Shown one piece after another: positions 39,138 through 48,047 of a stretch of 64,000 nt of DNA. The DNA comes from Candidatus Forterrea multitransposorum CG_2015-17_Forterrea_25_41 (GTDB taxonomy: Archaea > Iainarchaeota > Iainarchaeia > Iainarchaeales > CSSED10-239). The notes below the pieces were generated by a model that did no database searches, was not told where the DNA came from, and saw nothing but the letters and a program-made list of their open reading frames with translations. Both the position numbers and the translations under genes were made by a program. The stretch is taken from assembly GCA_009392915.1 (NCBI GenBank), contig CP045477.1, positions 608,001 through 672,000 on the forward strand. The letters are read 5' to 3'. Positions within the stretch are counted from its first letter, which is position 1. Every line of letters starts with the position of its first letter.

Positions 39138-39485
39138 TTAAGCAATTCCTTCAGTATTTGATTCATCCTTTGGTTTATCTTCTTTTTTGTTTTCTTTAGA
39201 TAAATCATTTAATCTTTTTAAAGTGTCGTTTTCTTGTTTTTCAACAGTTTTTAATCTTAATTCAACTGTTTCTTTAGTTTCTTTTGTTTCTTTAATAACA
39301 TCAGTTTTATCTTTTAAAATAAAAATGTTACCAACACCTTTGTAAACTTTAGTTTCTTTTGTATTTTCAAGTTCTTTAACTGTGCTATCTAACACATTTA
39401 CTTGAACTTGTAATTGTTGTTTTTGTTGAGATAAATACATTAATTGTTGTCTATAAGTATTTACCATATTATTATCTTTACTCAT
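39138..39485 (-). CDS. pfdB: Prefoldin beta subunit
   Basis: Coiled coil - β-hairpin (VYKGVGNIFI) - coiled coil. Terminal member of the exosome superoperon. Confidence 0.7.
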   Translation of the reverse strand: MSKDNNMVNTYRQQLMYLSQQKQQLQVQVNVLDSTVKELENTKETKVYKGVGNIFILKDKTDVIKETKETKETVELRLKTVEKQENDTLKRLNDLSKENKKEDKPKDESNTEGIA

Positions 39486-39730
39486 TTTAAATCCACCTCA
39501 TAAACTTTAGAAATTAATTCTAAAAGATTTATGTAATTATTAATTGTTGCTTTAAAAGCAATAATATCTTTAGCATAAATCTCAATAACTAATTTCTTAT
39601 TTTCAATAGTTATTCGAGAATTTGAACGATCATATTTTTTTCTATCAATTTCAAGATCTAAAATTTCTTTTAAATCTTTTGGACTTTTTGTTTTTATTTC
39701 AAAAACAATTGAAAGAACTTGATCAATCAA
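39482..39730 (-). CDS. KEOPS subunit Pcc1-like small protein (tentative)
   Basis: 82 aa, position between Brix and prefoldin β. Weak sequence evidence. Confidence 0.35.
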   Translation of the reverse strand: MIDQVLSIVFEIKTKSPKDLKEILDLEIDRKKYDRSNSRITIENKKLVIEIYAKDIIAFKATINNYINLLELISKVYEVDLK

Positions 39731-40196
39731 AATTACTCACTTTAACTATTTTAAATTTAAATCCTAAATATTCTTCATTTTCAAGAAAATTAAAGACATT
39801 TTCTTCTGATGTTTGAAAAACACCAAAATTACTTTTTAAAGACAAATATTTTTTTTCAAGAAAATAAAATACTTTTTTTAAATCATTAAAAGAAGAATTT
39901 ACTGAAGAAATATATGAAAAAGACTTTAAGTGTCTTAAATCAATAACTTCAATTAAATATTCTCTTTCAAGAAAATAACTATCTTCTCTTAAAGCATAAA
40001 CTGAAAGTAAGATATTTCCTTTAATAGAAGAAACTATTAAAAAATATCTATGTCCTAAATATAATGCTTGTTTAAAAAATTTTAAAAGAGGAGTTTTTCC
40101 TCTTGGCAAATAATTCATTCCAGGAAGATATTTTGTAAGATATTTAGAAAATCTTTTTTCTAAAAGATTTGATTTCCTAGAAACTGTCACAAACAT
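39723..40196 (-). CDS. Brix-domain (Imp4-like) ribosome biogenesis protein
   Basis: MFVTVSRKSNLLEKRFSKYLTKYLPGMNYLPRGKTPL matches the archaeal Brix N-terminus. Conserved superoperon position. Confidence 0.65.
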   Translation of the reverse strand: MFVTVSRKSNLLEKRFSKYLTKYLPGMNYLPRGKTPLLKFFKQALYLGHRYFLIVSSIKGNILLSVYALREDSYFLEREYLIEVIDLRHLKSFSYISSVNSSFNDLKKVFYFLEKKYLSLKSNFGVFQTSEENVFNFLENEEYLGFKFKIVKVSNFD

Positions 40197-40198
40197 AT

Positions 40199-40327
40199 TT
40201 AATTTGCCTTAATCTTTTTTAAAACAGGTTCTCTTTTTTTATAAAATATTCTAGAACCGCAAACTCCACATTTATCATTTTCTGGAATTGCATCATATTC
40301 AGTTTTACATCTTGCACAATAATACAT
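40199..40327 (-). CDS. rpoP: DNA-directed RNA polymerase subunit P (RpoP/Rpb12) (small ORF not in track)
   Basis: Manual translation gives MYYCARCKTEYDAIPENDKCGVCGSRIFYKKREPVLKKIKAN (CxxC...CxxC Zn ribbon). Conserved position next to L37ae. Confidence 0.6.
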   Translation of the reverse strand: MYYCARCKTEYDAIPENDKCGVCGSRIFYKKREPVLKKIKAN

Positions 40328-40339
40328 TATTTTTCACCT

Positions 40340-40564
40340 TTAATTCTTTGAAGAAAGTTTATATGCAGCACCTGCTATTTCAGTTTTACATTTTGAACAT
40401 GTAAATATAGCAGAATCTCTTTTTGAAATTCTTCCCTTATATCCACAATTAGGACATACATAAGAAGATTTATCTGTTTTAGTTGCAAGAAGATATTTTT
40501 GTCTAATTCCTCTTCCGCCTCTAACACCATATTTTCCGGTTTCTTTTACTTTTTTTGTAGCCAT
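40340..40564 (-). CDS. rpl37ae: 50S ribosomal protein L37ae (eL43)
   Basis: 74 aa with Zn ribbon CPNCGYKG...CSKC. Confidence 0.85.
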   Translation of the reverse strand: MATKKVKETGKYGVRGGRGIRQKYLLATKTDKSSYVCPNCGYKGRISKRDSAIFTCSKCKTEIAGAAYKLSSKN

Positions 40565-40576
40565 TTTAAATCACAT

Positions 40577-41383
40577 TTATTCTAAAGCCTCTATTTTTTT
40601 TAAAATTTCATTGTATTTATTTACAGAAATATCAACCATTGTAAAAATTTCTTCTTCAGTAAAAACACCATTTTTACTTTTTTGACAAGAAACAACAGTA
40701 TCTTTTACAAGACCTAAACTAAATCTTGCATCTGAAGCATATTCTTCTGATTCTGTAGGATCAACAATTATTTTTCCTTCAATTTTTTCAAAAGTAAAAC
40801 TTAAAGGAATATTTAAAAGTTCTAATTTTTTATCAGAATATTCTTTTGAAATAATATTATTTTTTTCATCAAGTTTTGGTATCTTAGCGTTTTTTAAAGC
40901 TGCAAGAGCTGCAATTTCAGTTGCATCAATTAAATTACCATCAGCATTAATTGCAATACAATCAACGAAAATAATAAATACTTTTTCTCCTGCGACAATT
41001 GAAAGTTTTTTAAAATCTATTGCTTCTGCAGATCTTATTGCTCTATCAGCAACTCTTCCATACTCAAGAGCATCTATTTGTGGAGGACCTGTTGAAAAAT
41101 CAGGAGAAGAAATTCCAGTAAGCTCTAAGTTAAGAGACATGCTTCCTTCATCTGGAGAATCTGGATATGGTGTTCCTACTGCAAATTTAATTCCAGCAAC
41201 AATTTCTGTTTTTCCAAGTTTAACCCAAGCAGAACCATCTGCTGAAGACAAAACTGAAGTTTTAATTTCAAGATCTCTAAAATCTTCAAATCCTCTATTA
41301 TCTTCTCTTTTTCCATTTTTTATTTTTTCTTTAATGCTTCCCGCATTAATTAAATTTAATATATCACTCATTAATATCACCAT
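40577..41383 (-). CDS. rrp42: Exosome complex component Rrp42 (RNase PH-like)
   Basis: 268 aa RNase PH fold, downstream of rrp41. Confidence 0.75.
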   Translation of the reverse strand: MVILMSDILNLINAGSIKEKIKNGKREDNRGFEDFRDLEIKTSVLSSADGSAWVKLGKTEIVAGIKFAVGTPYPDSPDEGSMSLNLELTGISSPDFSTGPPQIDALEYGRVADRAIRSAEAIDFKKLSIVAGEKVFIIFVDCIAINADGNLIDATEIAALAALKNAKIPKLDEKNNIISKEYSDKKLELLNIPLSFTFEKIEGKIIVDPTESEEYASDARFSLGLVKDTVVSCQKSKNGVFTEEEIFTMVDISVNKYNEILKKIEALE

Positions 41384-42068
41384 TTACAGGGTATTTTTCA
41401 AGTAAAGCATTCTTTTGAAGAGCATATACTTTTTCTGCAGCTGAAAAACCCATTGAAACCATTTTTTTCCAATCGTCTTTGTTTACAAAACCATCCATTT
41501 GTAAAAGAGCAATTTCTTTTTGAGGCATAGTAATTGCAATTGCAGTGTCAACTGCATCAGGTGCATCTTCTTCATCTTTAGTTAAATCATAGATTAAATC
41601 TCCATTTGCTCTTCCAATAGCAACCGCTGAAACTAAACCTTTCATTGGAAGACCTGCATCTGCACATGCTAAAGAAGCTGCTGTTAAAGCTGCAACTCTT
41701 GTACCTGCATCAGCTGAAAGAATTAATGTGTTTACATTAATAACTGTGTTTGGAAATTTTTCAGTCATAATAACAGATTCTAAAGCAAAACCTGAAACTA
41801 AAGAAATTTCTTTATCTCTTTTTCCAGGAACTGGAGATTTTCTATCAGAAACTGAAAAAGGAGCCATTCTATATCTATAATCTACAACTGCTCTTTGAGA
41901 ATTTGACAAATGTTTTGGAAACATTGGTCTTGGTCCGTGAACTGTTGCAACAACTGTGTTTTTACCCCATTCAAGATAACATGAACCAGCAGCACTTTTT
42001 ACAACTCCAAGTTCTATCTTGATTGGTCTTAAATCATCTTTTTTTCTACCATCTAATCTTGTACTCAT
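41364..42068 (-). CDS. rrp41: Exosome complex exonuclease Rrp41 (RNase PH)
   Basis: N-terminus MSTRLDGRKKDDLRPIKIELGV and ~234 aa length. Confidence 0.85.
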   Translation of the reverse strand: MSTRLDGRKKDDLRPIKIELGVVKSAAGSCYLEWGKNTVVATVHGPRPMFPKHLSNSQRAVVDYRYRMAPFSVSDRKSPVPGKRDKEISLVSGFALESVIMTEKFPNTVINVNTLILSADAGTRVAALTAASLACADAGLPMKGLVSAVAIGRANGDLIYDLTKDEEDAPDAVDTAIAITMPQKEIALLQMDGFVNKDDWKKMVSMGFSAAEKVYALQKNALLEKYPVNGDINE

Positions 42069-42074
42069 AATTTA

Positions 42075-42698
42075 TCACTTTAATTTATTTTTTTCAAAAA
42101 AATCTTTTACACTGTTTGTAAGATTTGATTTTTGAGAATTTTTTACAACTAATGAAAATGCTCTCTTTGCAAGGGATACATCTTCTGAGTTATACCAAAT
42201 CCATCCATTTTTACCAATAACTATATTTCCACCTAAATGTTCTTTAAATAAATTTAGCATAGATTCATTTTTACCAATAAGTCTTGGTATCTTAACTGGA
42301 GAGGTTTGAAAAACTCTTGCTTTTGGTAAAATATTTATGTTATCAAACTCTAAAGAACCATTGTCTGCTATATTTTTAATTCTTAAAAAAACAACAGTAC
42401 CAATAGCAAGTTCTTTTCTAATATTTGATTTTAAAAGAAAAGAATCATCAAAAGAATTATATTCTAAAATATAACCATTAAGCACTTCATCTTTTACAAC
42501 AGCAATAATTCCATCTCCAGATATTGGAGAATAAGGGCCGTTTAAAGGTATTACTGAAACAAAATCATTTGATTCAGATAGAATACCAATAATTGAACTA
42601 TATATTTTGTTGTTTTCAAAATAAACATTTTGTCCTAATTTTTTTACCTGATCTGTTATTAAGTCGCCAGGAACAACTATTTTTTTTTCTGTATTCAT
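42075..42698 (-). CDS. rrp4: Exosome RNA-binding subunit Rrp4 (N-terminal, S1 and KH domains)
   Basis: IVVPGDLI N-terminus and KH-like IGKNGWIWY. No Cys, so not Csl4. Confidence 0.65.
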   Translation of the reverse strand: MNTEKKIVVPGDLITDQVKKLGQNVYFENNKIYSSIIGILSESNDFVSVIPLNGPYSPISGDGIIAVVKDEVLNGYILEYNSFDDSFLLKSNIRKELAIGTVVFLRIKNIADNGSLEFDNINILPKARVFQTSPVKIPRLIGKNESMLNLFKEHLGGNIVIGKNGWIWYNSEDVSLAKRAFSLVVKNSQKSNLTNSVKDFFEKNKLK

Positions 42699-42710
42699 AT
42701 TTTATCACAT

Positions 42711-43436
42711 TTAATTTTCATCAACAACAGTTGCAACTAAATTCCCATGAGTTAAATTATTAAGATCAGAAACTAAATTTTGTTTTTGACCTGCTGGAAT
42801 TTTTATTTTTGCAACTAATGCACCGCTTGAAAGCCATTTTTGATCTACAATTTCTTGTTTGTAGATTACAGATGATATTTTTCCTGCATAATTTGCAGGA
42901 ACTTCAACCATTAAAATAATTTTTTCAAAAGAGATTGGCATTATTCTTTTTAATTTATCTACAATTTCTTCAATTTCTTTTTCTTTGTGTTTACTTAAAT
43001 TTATTTTAATTTTAAGTTCTTCAAAAGCATTAACTATTCTTTGTTCAGGAATAGGAGTTTTGTTTTTAGGATCATGAGCATATTTTGAAATATAATTAAT
43101 TATTTCTTTTTCTCTTTTTTCCATCATTAATTGTTTTTGAGCAGTTGTTAATTGAACATCTCCATCTTTAACAATTTTTTCTGCTATTTTAAAAACATCT
43201 TCAGTTTCAAAATGTTCTAAAAGTAATTCTCTTGAAGCAACATTTGATTTTTGAAGATCAGAATAAACTTCTTCATAAGCTAAAACATCTTCAATCTTTA
43301 AATCAGATTTTCCAAGTCTAAAATCCCATGCTTGGAAAGGATATACTAAAATTTCAAAATTATGATCTGCTCTTTTAATTTTGGCAACAACTGTATTTTC
43401 TAAATTACCTTTATTTTTTTCACCCTTATAAAACAT
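42711..43436 (-). CDS. sdo1: SBDS/Sdo1 ribosome maturation protein
   Basis: N-terminus MFYKGEK...AKIKRADHNFEILVYPFQAW is typical of SBDS. Conserved superoperon position. Confidence 0.75.
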   Translation of the reverse strand: MFYKGEKNKGNLENTVVAKIKRADHNFEILVYPFQAWDFRLGKSDLKIEDVLAYEEVYSDLQKSNVASRELLLEHFETEDVFKIAEKIVKDGDVQLTTAQKQLMMEKREKEIINYISKYAHDPKNKTPIPEQRIVNAFEELKIKINLSKHKEKEIEEIVDKLKRIMPISFEKIILMVEVPANYAGKISSVIYKQEIVDQKWLSSGALVAKIKIPAGQKQNLVSDLNNLTHGNLVATVVDEN

Positions 43437-43453
43437 AATTACTCATATCCTCC

Positions 43454-43852
43454 TTAACCTTTTAATTTTTTATTAACATTTTTTAAAATTTCTAAAACTT
43501 CTTTACCTTCTTTTCTATTGATAGCTTTTGAAAATTCTTTTATAAACTCATTATGTTTTTCTGTTTTTGAAAAACTCCATAAAAATTTACTAAAAATATT
43601 CTCAAACAAAGTCTCTGCTTTTTCTTTTTCAACTTTAGAAAGACCATTTACTTTATGTTTTACTCTTGCAGATAAAATTTTATGATTTGCAAGCATTTTT
43701 TGATCTAAAACAACACCTGTACTAAATTTAGATGCATTTGATTTATTTTTCACAAAAGTTTCAGCTAAACTTTTATATTCCTGAATAGAAGGATGTTTTT
43801 TTAAATTTTTAAGATAAGGATTTTTTTTTAATGCAGGATTATTACTTTTCAT
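43454..43852 (-). CDS. Small basic hypothetical protein, tandem paralog A
   Basis: 132 aa. Shares LKKN...YK...KILSxRV...INRKxGxEVLEIL..KK with 43865-44260. Confidence 0.35.
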   Translation of the reverse strand: MKSNNPALKKNPYLKNLKKHPSIQEYKSLAETFVKNKSNASKFSTGVVLDQKMLANHKILSARVKHKVNGLSKVEKEKAETLFENIFSKFLWSFSKTEKHNEFIKEFSKAINRKEGKEVLEILKNVNKKLKG

Positions 43853-43864
43853 ATTTTTTTCACT

Positions 43865-44260
43865 CTAAATATATTTTTTTGAAATTTCCATTAATATTTC
43901 TAAAACTTCTCTACCTTTTTTTCGATTTATCTTTTCTGCAAAAACTTTTGAAAATTCAAAATATTTTAAACAACAATTTTTTTCTTCTAAAAGATTTAGT
44001 TTATTATAAATCTTATTTAAGAGAGAGAGTGCTTTTTTCTTGTCTTCAACAGGTAAATTTTTTAGTTTATTTGAAACTCTAACACTTAATATTTTATAGT
44101 TTACTAAATTTCTTTCAATTAACATATGTTTCTTTAAAACTTTATCTGTGGTTCCTTTAAGTTTTGTTGCAAATCCCTTATAATGACTAACAGTATGAGA
44201 TTTTTTTAAATCTGTTATCATTTTATTTTTTTTCAATGAAGGAAGATTTGTTTTTGGCAT
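43865..44260 (-). CDS. Small basic hypothetical protein, tandem paralog B
   Basis: 131 aa paralog of 43454-43852. Confidence 0.35.
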   Translation of the reverse strand: MPKTNLPSLKKNKMITDLKKSHTVSHYKGFATKLKGTTDKVLKKHMLIERNLVNYKILSVRVSNKLKNLPVEDKKKALSLLNKIYNKLNLLEEKNCCLKYFEFSKVFAEKINRKKGREVLEILMEISKKYI

Positions 44261-44283
44261 ATTTTATTTAACACTTAATATTT

Positions 44284-45006
44284 TTAAATTAATTTAGAAT
44301 ATTTTTCAAAAGGTACAACAGAATCGTTATTATCATTTATGTGTATTACTTCTATATTCTTTGAATCTAATTTTTGTTTAGCTTCAAGATTTAAAGATAA
44401 AGTTTTAATTGCAAGTTTTAAAGCATCTTCAAAATTTAAATTATCTTTATAATTCTTTTCTAAATGTGCCATTAATTTTGGTTTATTTTGACCAATAGCT
44501 ATAGCTTTATAAGCTGTTGTTGCTCCACTTGGTTCTATTTCATAAATATGTTTTCCTAATGAATCAATACCTGCAACAATTAAAGAAACACCAAAAGGTC
44601 TTGCTCCTCCATATTGTGTAAAATATTGAACTACATTTCCAACTTTTTTAACTAAAGTATCAATTTCTATAGGATCGTCATAGTAAACTTTATTTTCTTG
44701 AGCCATTTGTCTTGAATAATCAACTAAACGTCTACCATCTCCAATAAGTCCAGAACAAGCAACCCATACATGTTTATCAACTTTAAAAACTTTCTCAACA
44801 GAAGATGGAATTACAAGTGATGAAAAGATTTTTTTATCAGCAACTAAAACAATTCCTTCTTTGTAAGTTACAGCAACAGCTGGACTTCCTTTTTCAATTA
44901 TTTTAGAAGCATAATCAACCTGGTATAAATGTCCTTCAGGACTAAAAACTGTTATTGATCTGTCATATGCTTGTGCCATTGCATTATTATTAGAAATTGG
45001 AAACAT
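44284..45006 (-). CDS. psmA: Proteasome alpha subunit
   Basis: YDRSITVFSPEGHLYQVDYA N-terminus. 240 aa. Confidence 0.9.
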   Translation of the reverse strand: MFPISNNNAMAQAYDRSITVFSPEGHLYQVDYASKIIEKGSPAVAVTYKEGIVLVADKKIFSSLVIPSSVEKVFKVDKHVWVACSGLIGDGRRLVDYSRQMAQENKVYYDDPIEIDTLVKKVGNVVQYFTQYGGARPFGVSLIVAGIDSLGKHIYEIEPSGATTAYKAIAIGQNKPKLMAHLEKNYKDNLNFEDALKLAIKTLSLNLEAKQKLDSKNIEVIHINDNNDSVVPFEKYSKLI

Positions 45007-45200
45007 ATTTTATTCACCTTTTTTTTCCTTTAATTATAATTATAAATAAAAATAGCTTTTTTTAAGATAAAATACTAATTAATAAAAAGCTATTAAATAA
45101 TAGCTAAAAATACTTAAACTTTAGTTACCTCTACTATTCTATACTATATATTATTATAGCAACAGATATAAAAACATTATGATTAATAAAAATATACAAT

Positions 45201-45518
45201 TTAATCTAATGATTTAAGAGTAGAAACTTGCTTAGTTACATAAACTAAACCTAAATCTTGCTTTAAATAGAAAATAGATGTTAAAAAAGAATCTTTGTAA
45301 TCTTTATTAATCCTAACAATTGCTGTGTTTTTTGTTGACTTCATTAAAGTAATATTTGCATTAACTAAACTAAACAAACCAAAAATATTTTGATAATTTT
45401 TTAAAAACAAACTAAAAAGATTATTAGAATATTCCTTTGTAAACTCTAACTTAAAATATATTTTTTTATGTCTTAAAGTTGGTCTTATAACATTTAATTT
45501 TTTTTTTAGTTTCACCAT
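45201..45518 (-). CDS. RNase P protein component Pop5/Rpp14-like (tentative)
   Basis: IRPTLRHKKIYFKLEF...IFGLFS...AIVRINKDY fits the Pop5 pattern. Located in the conserved neighbourhood upstream of psmA. Confidence 0.5.
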   Translation of the reverse strand: MVKLKKKLNVIRPTLRHKKIYFKLEFTKEYSNNLFSLFLKNYQNIFGLFSLVNANITLMKSTKNTAIVRINKDYKDSFLTSIFYLKQDLGLVYVTKQVSTLKSLD

Positions 45519-46132
45519 TTATTATCAACCATCCCTTTTGATAAGATTTTTAAAATAAATGATTCTTCTAAATCAAAATTTTTTAATAAACTAAATAAAA
45601 TATCTCTTGAAACTAAATCTTCTTTTGTTTTTGCAAAAGACGCAAATGTAAAATCAACTAGATGTATTTTTAAAAGGTTTACAATAAATAAATTTTGTTT
45701 TAAATATTTATTTTGTAATGGTTTATCTCTTAATAGATTATAATTAAAAATAACTTTTACTTTATGTTGAAAACAAGATCTTGCATTTTGTTCATCAAAA
45801 ATCAATTTATCAGAAAGTGGATTATATAAAAAAGGAATATTTTTACTTGTTGAAATTACTGTATTATTTTTTAAAGATTGAGAAGTTACTAAAAATAATT
45901 CTTTTTTTTTATAAAAATGTGCAAGAGAAGGTTCTTTTAAAAGATAAGCTTTCTTAAGTTTTAATATTTTTGATTTAGGTAAAATAAAATCTTTTTCTAA
46001 ATCTTCTTTTTTAGATATTTCTCTAAAAACATAGATATTTTTTATATTTAATTTTGTAAAAGTCTCTTCTAAATCTTCAATAGAATATTTTTCTATTAAA
46101 TCATCCATTACAAAATCAAATGTATTTTTCAT
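45512..46132 (-). CDS. Possible RNase P protein component Rpp30 (tentative)
   Basis: 206 aa, adjacent to Pop5 and psmA as in the archaeal superoperon. Sequence evidence is weak. Confidence 0.35.
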   Translation of the reverse strand: MKNTFDFVMDDLIEKYSIEDLEETFTKLNIKNIYVFREISKKEDLEKDFILPKSKILKLKKAYLLKEPSLAHFYKKKELFLVTSQSLKNNTVISTSKNIPFLYNPLSDKLIFDEQNARSCFQHKVKVIFNYNLLRDKPLQNKYLKQNLFIVNLLKIHLVDFTFASFAKTKEDLVSRDILFSLLKNFDLEESFILKILSKGMVDNKW

Positions 46133-46136
46133 AAAA

Positions 46137-47843
46137 TCACATTTTACTAGGAACTTTTATGCCTAAAAGATTTAAAGCATTATTTAAAGTAATTAAAAAA
46201 GCTTTAATTAATAATAATCTAGTATTTTTTGTATTTTCATTAACAACTAATACAGGACAATTAGTATAGAATTTATTAAAGATATGAGAGAGTTCTAAAA
46301 CATAATTAACCATTACATGTGATTTATAGCCTTTATATGAGACAAATACTTTTTCTTTAAAATCATTTATTTTTAAAGCTAATAAAATTTCATCTTCTTC
46401 TAAAGAATAATCAATAATTAAAGAATCTAAAGATAAATCACTTGAATTTGATTTTTCTAAAATACTTTTAGCTCTAACCCCACTATATTGAACATATGGA
46501 GAAGAATCTCCTTGGAAATCAAGAGCAGAACTTATATCAAATACAATTGTTTTATTTAGATTTGTTTTAAGCATTTCAAATTTAATAACTCCAAAAGATA
46601 TATCTCTAACAATAGAATCATCAAAATCTAAACCATTTTCAATTAATTTATTTTTAACTCCAGAAAACAAAGAATCTCTGAAATCTTCATAAAGAAAACT
46701 CTCGCCTTCTCTTGATTTCATTTTCCCTTCAGAAGTATTTATAAGTCCATGATTAATATGGAAGTGTGTTGTTGAAGGATAAATAAAAGAAAATAATTTA
46801 AATAATTGTTTAAAATAAAAATCTTGTTCACTTGCAACTACATATAAAAAATCATTACAAGAAGGATATCTTTCTTTTTTTAAAGAAACTAAACCAATAT
46901 CTTTTGCTCCATAAAGAGCAGCACCATTTTGTTTAATTAAAATAAAATTACCTAAAGATTCATCTTTTAAATCAGCTACAATAGCGCCATCATCTTCTAA
47001 AAATAATTCTTTATTTTCAGAAAATAATTTATCTTTAACTTCAAAAAATCTTTTTTCAGTATCAGATTCAAAAAAACTACTATCTAAATAAACATCAAGT
47101 TCTTTTCCAACATCCATGTAAGCTTGATGACTTTTATTTGCTAAATTTTTAATTTCTTCTTGAAGAGAACTTGATTGCATAATTTCTACTTGAAGAGAAT
47201 CAATTTCTTTAGTATAAACTTCTTTATTTTCTTCTAAAAGTAAACCTGCTTTAATATAGATACTTCCAAACCATTTAGAAACATCTTTATCAGGAATTTG
47301 CTTTTCTGAATCTGTTAGTTTAGAATAATACCAATACCATTTAGCAACATGAGTTCCTATATCTCCACCATAGGAAACAGGTTTAGGATCTGCTCCAACA
47401 AAGGTTAAAATTCTTGAAACAAAATCACCAGTTACAATGTTTCTTACATGTCCTATATGTAAAGTTTTTAGAGGATTTGCATTAAAGGTATCAATAACAT
47501 ATTGTTTATCATCTATTTTTAATGAACCATACTCTTTATCTTTTGTTAAAACTTCAGTAATTGTTTCTTTTAAAAGAAGAGAATCATTTATTTTTGCATT
47601 AAAATAACCATTAACTTCAGAAAAAGTAAATACTTCATTTGAAGGTATCTTTAAGTATAAATCTTTAGAAATCTCTTGAGGAGATTTTTTTAAAATTTTA
47701 GAAACTGCAAAACAAGGAAATGAAAGATCCCCTAAATCTCTTGAAGGAGGACTTGAGGTTAAGTTAAGTATCTCTTGAAAAGATTTAACATCATCTTTTA
47801 AAACTTGAAAAATAGAGTCTGCAAATAATTTTTTATAATCCAT
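46137..47843 (-). CDS. argS: Arginyl-tRNA synthetase
   Basis: Class I HIGH region NANPLKTLHIGHVRN. ~568 aa with C-terminal DALR-type anticodon-binding region. Confidence 0.85.
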   Translation of the reverse strand: MDYKKLFADSIFQVLKDDVKSFQEILNLTSSPPSRDLGDLSFPCFAVSKILKKSPQEISKDLYLKIPSNEVFTFSEVNGYFNAKINDSLLLKETITEVLTKDKEYGSLKIDDKQYVIDTFNANPLKTLHIGHVRNIVTGDFVSRILTFVGADPKPVSYGGDIGTHVAKWYWYYSKLTDSEKQIPDKDVSKWFGSIYIKAGLLLEENKEVYTKEIDSLQVEIMQSSSLQEEIKNLANKSHQAYMDVGKELDVYLDSSFFESDTEKRFFEVKDKLFSENKELFLEDDGAIVADLKDESLGNFILIKQNGAALYGAKDIGLVSLKKERYPSCNDFLYVVASEQDFYFKQLFKLFSFIYPSTTHFHINHGLINTSEGKMKSREGESFLYEDFRDSLFSGVKNKLIENGLDFDDSIVRDISFGVIKFEMLKTNLNKTIVFDISSALDFQGDSSPYVQYSGVRAKSILEKSNSSDLSLDSLIIDYSLEEDEILLALKINDFKEKVFVSYKGYKSHVMVNYVLELSHIFNKFYTNCPVLVVNENTKNTRLLLIKAFLITLNNALNLLGIKVPSKM

Positions 47844-47894
47844 TCTAAAAAAACCTTTTTAAATTTATTTTACAAAATAGAAATTGTAAAAAAG

Positions 47895-47967
47895 CGAGTC
47901 CGGAGGGATTCGAACCCTCGACCCACAGCTTAGAAGGCTGTTGCCCTATCCACTAGGCCACGGACCC
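47895..47967 (-). tRNA. tRNA-Arg (anticodon TCT)
   Basis: Minus-strand fold: acceptor GGGTCCG/CGGACTC (one G-U), D-stem GCCT/GGGC, anticodon stem ACAGC/GCTGT with loop CTTCTAA, T-arm GAGGG-TTCGAAT-CCCTC, discriminator G. No encoded CCA. Confidence 0.85.
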
Positions 47968-48047
47968 ATATATATATTATGAAAGAATAAATATTTAAAG
48001 GAAAGCTATTTTTAACTTTTTTGAAAAAAAGAAAAAAAAAGGAAAAA

